Below the pieces are notes generated by a model that was given only the letters and a program-made list of their open reading frames with translations, was not told where the DNA came from and did no database searches. A stretch of DNA of 64,000 nucleotides from Cladosporium halotolerans. Taxonomy: Eukaryota. The translations under genes and the position numbers were made by a program. The stretch covers positions 1 through 64,000 of the forward strand of contig NW_027191452.1 of the NCBI RefSeq assembly GCF_011745625.1, read 5' to 3'. This document shows, piece by piece, positions 57,846 through 64,000 of this stretch (position 1 is the first letter of the stretch; each line of letters begins with the position of its first letter).

Positions 57846-60084
57846 GCTTAAACTTGACTTGGCTGCGTGAAGAGAGAGAGTAGGGAGAGGTAGGGCGAAG
57901 CTACACGCAGAAGCGAGCGACTGGGGAGAGAAGATCCAGTCGTAGGCAGCGCGTGAAGCCTAAGTGTAGGAGGATGGAAGAGCATGTCTGACTATCGCTG
58001 CGAGGGGCAACGGTTGTGAGGGAGCGCAGAATAAACGGTTCCCGTGGCAGAGGGTAGGCTTGGGCCAAAGTGATTAGCTTAACACCTCCAGAGCCTGCTT
58101 CGGTCCGTGATGCTATAGGACGTTGGTACTCTTCCCGTCCGTGTGCGATATACTTAGCCGTGGCTTACAAGTCTGGGCTCCTCGCGCACGTCATTGGAGT
58201 CCGACGGGTCACAAGACTATGCGTTAATGGGTTTGCCATGCAAAAAATCTCGCTCTCATGAAGGTCGTGAATATTGTTGATGTCGCATCAACACATGTCT
58301 ATGTCGGGTTAGATCCAGGATACAGCAACCGGGAGGCGGCAAGCTTCGACGAAGGTTTGAGCGAAGGAAGCACCCAAGACACGGCAAAGCTGCCGTAGTA
58401 AACCATTGGCGTTACCGATATCGCCATTAGGAGAGGTCATGTTTTGCTGAACAACAGCGCCGTGCTCGCCGTTGTCAAGGCGAGGTTGGCTCATAATAAG
58501 GGCACGGACCTTGTTCCAAGACGCTGAAGACCTCCACACCATGTGCAGTAGTTCCCACTTTGCATACTCAAGAGCTGAGGAAGCGAGCGGGATGGACCAT
58601 GGTCTAGAGCTCTGGATCTCGCAGTCGTTGCCTGTGGTGCTTCGTTCCCATTCTCACGGCGATATTGGTGAGGCAATCAACAGGTGGTACCGAAGCTGAC
58701 CGTTACCAGATCTTAGACAAGCGGCAAGCGGTGACAGTAGGCTGTCTCGGAGGCATGCTAGAGCAACTTCGCTCGGGAATCAACGAAGTGGCCATCGTTG
58801 GCGTCTTCTTGTTTCTCAGGCTGGTAGATAGCGAAAATGAGAGCTCTTGCGATGTGGATTCTGTCGCGGCAGTGTCGGCTCTCTCACTTGACCAGACTGC
58901 TGCTATCATTTCGGTCGGCAACAGCTGTTTTGAAATAGCAATGAGCTATTGCTGAACGTGTGCCTTGCGTGTCAAAGGCGGAATAATAACAATGCGACGC
59001 GTAGCGATATCAACAATAAACACCGTAAGGTATAGTGGCGTTCGTTAGGCGTGGGAAGCCAAGTCTTGCAGCCGAAGAGCCAAGCTTTCAAGAGCCACAC
59101 GCTGAACGCCGTTGTTCCTGGGGAGCTACCACCCAAGACCACGAGCCTCGTGGTCAACATCTCGGGGACCCATAGGAAGAGGATGCCATTCAAGACTCCA
59201 CGCGGTTGGAGCTTGGCGGCTATGTACATATGCGGCTTCACGTTCTACAGAGATGCTCGCCACGTCAGCATGGAATCCGCTATGCAAATATATGACGGTC
59301 GTTGTAGCTAGGTAGGCAATGCCAGACGACAAGGTGGAAATGCCCTGCGATCCATCGCAATCGCTGCTTTCGTGCATCTGACAACAATCAACTTTCTGAT
59401 AAGGAAAGGCCCTTCGTTCGCATCCAGGCCCACGCCTTAAAAAGCCTCTTCAGCCACGCACCACGGAAGAATAAAGTGCAAATCGGCCGTCGCCTCCTGT
59501 GGTCGCAACCACCAACAGCAGCCCGCTTGTACACGCATTGCTTTCACCAGATACGTGCCCGAGCAGACTCGGCCGCCTTACCGTCTTACCGAATAGATGG
59601 CTGCTCAAGCAGTCTCCGACGTGCGTCACCCGCGCGACGGCAACGGCGATCGTCCCAAACCCGTTTCTCGAACGCCTTCCGCCGCAACATCCGCTTCTCG
59701 GCACGCCCTTTGGCAGTCCGCGAGGCCGCGTTGGCCGATGGACCACAGTACCGACATTTGAATAGCGTTTACTGCCCCGCTCGTGCCGCTCTCATGTCCT
59801 TTGACTGTCTGGTTCTCCTCCACCTTCGACGAGGTCGGGGTCCCCGTGGCCATGGATTGGCATGCCGATACTCGACCGTGATAATCCGCGTAAGTCCGTG
59901 GTTGCTGCACACGGTCTCAGCGAAGTCCTCACCTGCATTGTGACGGAGGCACTCAATGGGCGAAACGGTCGCTGAATATTGATTCAATGGTTCTGGTCAT
60001 TCTTGCTATATGCGTCGTACTACAATACACATCGTGCAATTCTGGCGTTCCGTAGAATTCATAGCGCATTCACCACCTCAGAAC

Positions 60085-61611
60085 CTAGTACTCCATAGCA
60101 TCCTCAAACAGCCCAGCAAGCTGCTCCCTCTCCTCCTGACCACCGGACGTGTCAAGGTTGGGCGCCAGCTTTAGCACTCGTGCCTGAGGAATCGTGCCCT
60201 CCACCAGCATATCGACGTGCGAGGGCTTGAAACCCAACGCCTTCAGGCCTCGCGGCTGATCGCCGAGTTCGACGAGGAATTTGGCCAGAGCCTCGCCAAG
60301 GACCTCACCTGCACTCTCCCTCTTCACGTTCGAGATGTCGACTCCGAACGCCTCTGCGGCAGCCAAGTGACGGTCTGGGTTCGACGCACCAGTGTACTTG
60401 AACACGGCGGGCGCGGTCACCGCGACGGAGACACCGTGGGGAATGATGTCTTGCTGGACGTCGTAGCCGGCGTGCTTGTAGCCAGGGTTCTGCGAGCTGA
60501 TGGGGTAGCTCATGCCGTGGCAGAGATGGACACCAGCGTTGCCGAAACCGACACCGGCCAGGGTGGCGGCGAGAAGCATCTTGGACTGGGCCTCGAAGTC
60601 ATCAGGGTCCTTGACGGCGCGAGGCAGATATTTGACGGTGTCGCGGAGAGCTTGCAGGGAGAAGATGTCGCTGATGGGGTTGGCGCCTTGGTATGCGGGG
60701 CGCTCGATAGGGTCCTGGGGGCGGGGTGTGCGCTCATGGAATGGGATGGCCGTCCAGCTTTCGAGACTGTGGCACAAGACATCGAGGCCGGAGGAGGCGT
60801 GGACGGCAGAAGGCATTGTTCTGGTGTTGATGGGGTCGCAGATTCCGAGCGTGGGCTTCATGTTGCGGTGGGCAATGCCGGTCTTCGCTTTCTTCTCGAC
60901 GAGGTCGAAGATGGCAGTGCCAGTGGTCTCAGATCCAGTACCGGCGGTGGTGGGCACAGCGATCAAAGGCTTGAGTTTCGAGGTCACCGGCTTGCCTTTT
61001 CCGAGGGGTGCGTTGACGAAGTCGAGGAAGTCCGCGTCTGGGAATGTCGTGTAGAGGTTCATGAGTTTCGCCGTGTCAATGACGCTGCCACCACCCACTG
61101 CAAGGAAGGCATCGCCTTGCTTGGATTTTGCCCACTCAATGGCTTCCTTGATCCTTCACTGGGCGTCAGCAACAATACAATAGAGTTGGGAGATTAGCAC
61201 CTACGAGTAGTCCTTGGGTTCTACGCGGGTCTTGCTGAACACCTCGTAAGGAATGCCCTGCTTCTCCAATCCCTCCGCCACCTGCTTCATAGCATCCAGT
61301 TTGAGTACAGTCGAGTCTGTTACCACGAGAACCTTCTTCGCTCCTAAGTGTTTGAAATCCATTCCAACCTCTTTCGTGCAGCCGGGTCCAAAGCGAATGG
61401 ACGAAGCAGCCATCTCGAAGGCATACTCTTTCTGTTGGCTAAGGTCTACCGGCGTCGCCAGCGACCGCACGCGACCAGCATAGGGGTTCTGAATGTGGTG
61501 GTTGTGTCCAGGGTTGGAGTGACAAGGGCATGCACTGTGCGTCGAGTTGATTGTGCGGAGAAGGTTGAGGGCTCTGGTGGCCCTCGAGGGCGCGATTCTG
61601 GTTATGGCCAT
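60085..61611 (-). CDS. Hydroxyacid-oxoacid transhydrogenase (Fe-ADH family, ADHFE1-like), mitochondrial; intron 61154-61204
   Basis: Presequence with CPCH, EYAFEMAASSIRFG, VGGGSVIDTAK, PTTAGTGSETT, GVHLCHGMSYPI, PHGVSV. Confidence 0.93.
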
Positions 61612-62025
61612 GGTGGAGTTGGTTGGTGGAACGGCAAAATGATCTGAGAAAGTTCACACAGACTACTGAAGAATACTTAGCACTGATCGACCTTTCATGT
61701 CGGCTATATGGAGCGAAGACGGCGTCATCATCTACCGAGGCTGTTCGGTGTCTGAGAGAGTGGAGCGGGCGGCAGCTTTCCCCACGATCTGCCCACAGCA
61801 TGCTTGTCGCGAGACCGGGGCCGATCATCCTCCAGGCATCGCAACTGTGCCGAGAAGCCGCGACAAGGTTGATGTCATCAATGGAATTTGCCATTCGCGG
61901 CAAAACATCTCATGAGATGGGATGATCACGGCCTTTGCACAGCAAGTCACACAACCGTCTACCACCAACTTTATCACCATCTCATACTTGCATCTATACC
62001 ACCAGTTCTCGAGACTAATCGCACA

Positions 62026-62481
62026 ATGGGCCTTCCACAACAAACACCTGAGTCCTCTGGACCTCAATCTCAAGACAAGCCATCCTCCGCTTCTCAACTT
62101 CCCCCAGAAGCACTCGAACTCGCCACGAAGCTCTTCGACCTAGCCCGCGAAGGCAATACCTCAGCTCTCTCGCAGTATTTGTCTGCCGGCATCCCATCAA
62201 ACCTCACAAATCATAAGGGCGACACTCTTCTCATGCTCGCGGCATACCACGGCAACGCCCAAACAGTCAGCATGTTGATCGAGAAGGGCGCCGATGTTAA
62301 TGCGATCAACGATCGCGGCCAGAGCCCGATTGCTGGTGCTGTCTTCAAGGGATACGAAGAGGTGGTTCGTGTGCTTGTGAACGAAGGCCACGCGGATGTC
62401 AGGGCTGGCCAGCCGAACGCTGTTGAAGCGGCTGATATGTTCAAGAGGGAAGGCTATATGAGTATACTTGGAGTCGAGTAA
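62026..62481 (+). CDS. Small ankyrin-repeat protein
   Basis: FDLAREG, NHKGDTLLMLAAYHG, NDRGQSPIAGAVFKG. Confidence 0.88.
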   Translation: MGLPQQTPESSGPQSQDKPSSASQLPPEALELATKLFDLAREGNTSALSQYLSAGIPSNLTNHKGDTLLMLAAYHGNAQTVSMLIEKGADVNAINDRGQSPIAGAVFKGYEEVVRVLVNEGHADVRAGQPNAVEAADMFKREGYMSILGVE

Positions 62482-63046
62482 TTGGTCCACCAGTCCATGG
62501 TTTGCCAAGGCGGCTCTGCTACCTTAGAACATCATGCCTTCTCCCCTCCAGGTTTCCCAGACCTGTGAGAGGGCATCTGATCCTGGCCCAGCCGTGGTCC
62601 AACCTGCGGATCAGAGCTCGATATGTTGCTTCAACGCGGCGCAACTCAGTTTGCGAGCTACCCTGCGTGCTTGCATGCAATCGATGGCTGTCTTCCAGTT
62701 GAGATGAGCGCACCGTCCGCGTACCACACAATCGGCCATATCGTACCGGCGAACCCAAATCTCCGCTTTGTATCGAGGCTTATGCACTACGAAAGCACAC
62801 AAGGCTGTTCTTTGGGCGCAAACATACACACATCAATTACGAGCTCGCACAATTCGGTTATGCGATCTGATGACAGAATGATCGATGACAAGCTCGAGGA
62901 CTTCCAATCCGGGTACTGCCACTCGTGGATCAGGAACAACATACATTTCCGCGTCATTCAAGGAAGCAGGATATTCAATGAATGTAAGGGATCTGTTCAA
63001 AGACCACCAATAGCTAGTATATGTCTACCTAATGCTGAAACTTTCT

Positions 63047-64000
63047 TCATACCGTCAGCAAAACACACAAACCCGCAAGTACATACCACCAGGCTGGCGT
63101 TTTCTGCACAACAGCAGCACTCTCGGGCCCTCCAGCTGTTTCTGTCGCCGTTGCTGCTTCTGGCGCGTTTGGCTCATTCACACCGCTTCCAGAACCAGGT
63201 GTAGCGGTTGCCTCCTCATTCATTGTCAACGTCGCAGTCCCATTGATGACGATAGCCTCTCCGTTCGACAATGCACTGAACGTCGTCCCTCCTACCGTTG
63301 TTCGAGAACCGTCTGCCAACGTGATGGTGCTACCAGCTGCAACGACCTCGACAGATATACCGACATCTAGAGCTGAAATCGTTTGAGTCCCAAGGACAAT
63401 GTCAGTCCACGCCCCTGTCCGGTGTGCCGGGGCTGCAGTGGGTTGAAGGGTGAATGTAGTACCGTCAAATACGACGACGCCGCCTGTTGATGGCACGCCG
63501 AAGGTTTTCCCTCCCAATGTGATTGTCTCGCCTGGGCTGAGAGTCTCTGTGGTGCTGGCGGCTTCTAAGACGATATCGGACAGCCCCTGTTTTTTGGCAG
63601 TGAAGGTTTCGCCAGCTTCAGTCCAAATTGCAGCTGTTTGGGTTTCCGTCGACCCACCATCGCCATTAAGCCCCTTGTATCGCAAGGTCACAGGGCTACC
63701 GTCTACATAAATGGCACCGTCCCGGTTGACGGGTACGGAAATGATCTCGCCAGCAATAGTGGCCACTGATCCACTGGCCAACGTAGTTCTGGTGCCTTCG
63801 ACATCGAAGACAATGCCGTTACCTTGCGCCGCGGCCGTGAAAACATGGCCTCCTTTGGTGAAGATTACTGCAGCTGGTTGCCCAACCCTTGCTTGATCCT
63901 TTTCGGTGCGCAAAGAAACGGGACTGCCGTCAATGTTGACGACACCGTTTTGATTGGCAGGAACCGAGATGACCGCGCCCCCAAAAGTGGCGACGGCGCC
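63047..64000 (-). CDS. 3' part of a GPI-like cell-surface protein with Thr/Gly-rich beta repeats (5' end beyond window)
   Basis: Frame open to the window edge; repeated TxGGxTFT..G..V..T units; hydrophobic C-terminus AWWYVLAGLCVLLTV. Confidence 0.8.
   Translation of the reverse strand, partial: GAVATFGGAVISVPANQNGVVNIDGSPVSLRTEKDQARVGQPAAVIFTKGGHVFTAAAQGNGIVFDVEGTRTTLASGSVATIAGEIISVPVNRDGAIYVDGSPVTLRYKGLNGDGGSTETQTAAIWTEAGETFTAKKQGLSDIVLEAASTTETLSPGETITLGGKTFGVPSTGGVVVFDGTTFTLQPTAAPAHRTGAWTDIVLGTQTISALDVGISVEVVAAGSTITLADGSRTTVGGTTFSALSNGEAIVINGTATLTMNEEATATPGSGSGVNEPNAPEAATATETAGGPESAAVVQKTPAWWYVLAGLCVLLTV

Noticed and set aside
57900..60080. 2.2-kb gap without a convincing gene
   Set aside because: No credible ORF, repeat, RIP-like AT-rich tract or RNA structure seen; most simply the laccase upstream region.

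Overview
Gene-dense eukaryotic DNA from a filamentous ascomycete (inferred from short GT-AG introns with CTRAC/CTAAC-type branch sites and Pezizomycotina-type genes; Dothideomycete is a guess). It holds about 29 protein-coding loci and one intron-containing tRNA-Glu(CTC). Most are housekeeping or metabolic: ALT, ABD1, RPN7, MsrB, DUG2, YIH1/IMPACT, PRP45, SWF1, RAP1, HOT, an amidase, an asparaginase, MscS and an MFS transporter. Secreted or surface genes include an endopolygalacturonase, a laccase and three GPI-like proteins. Most notable observations: (i) a cytosolic GH18 ENGase-like enzyme fused to a C-terminal UBA domain; (ii) an HMG-box-like segment inside an ataxin-10/Ctr86-type protein; (iii) an orphan Cys-rich protein built of YD-like DxxG hairpins; (iv) an NB-ARC-TPR (NLR-like) gene whose 5' part seems interrupted by a repeat-rich, possibly transposon-end sequence; (v) a MYND gene with one in-frame nonsense codon; (vi) a laccase with a ~520-aa mucin-like N-terminal stalk. 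All calls rest on motif recognition by eye; no database search was run.
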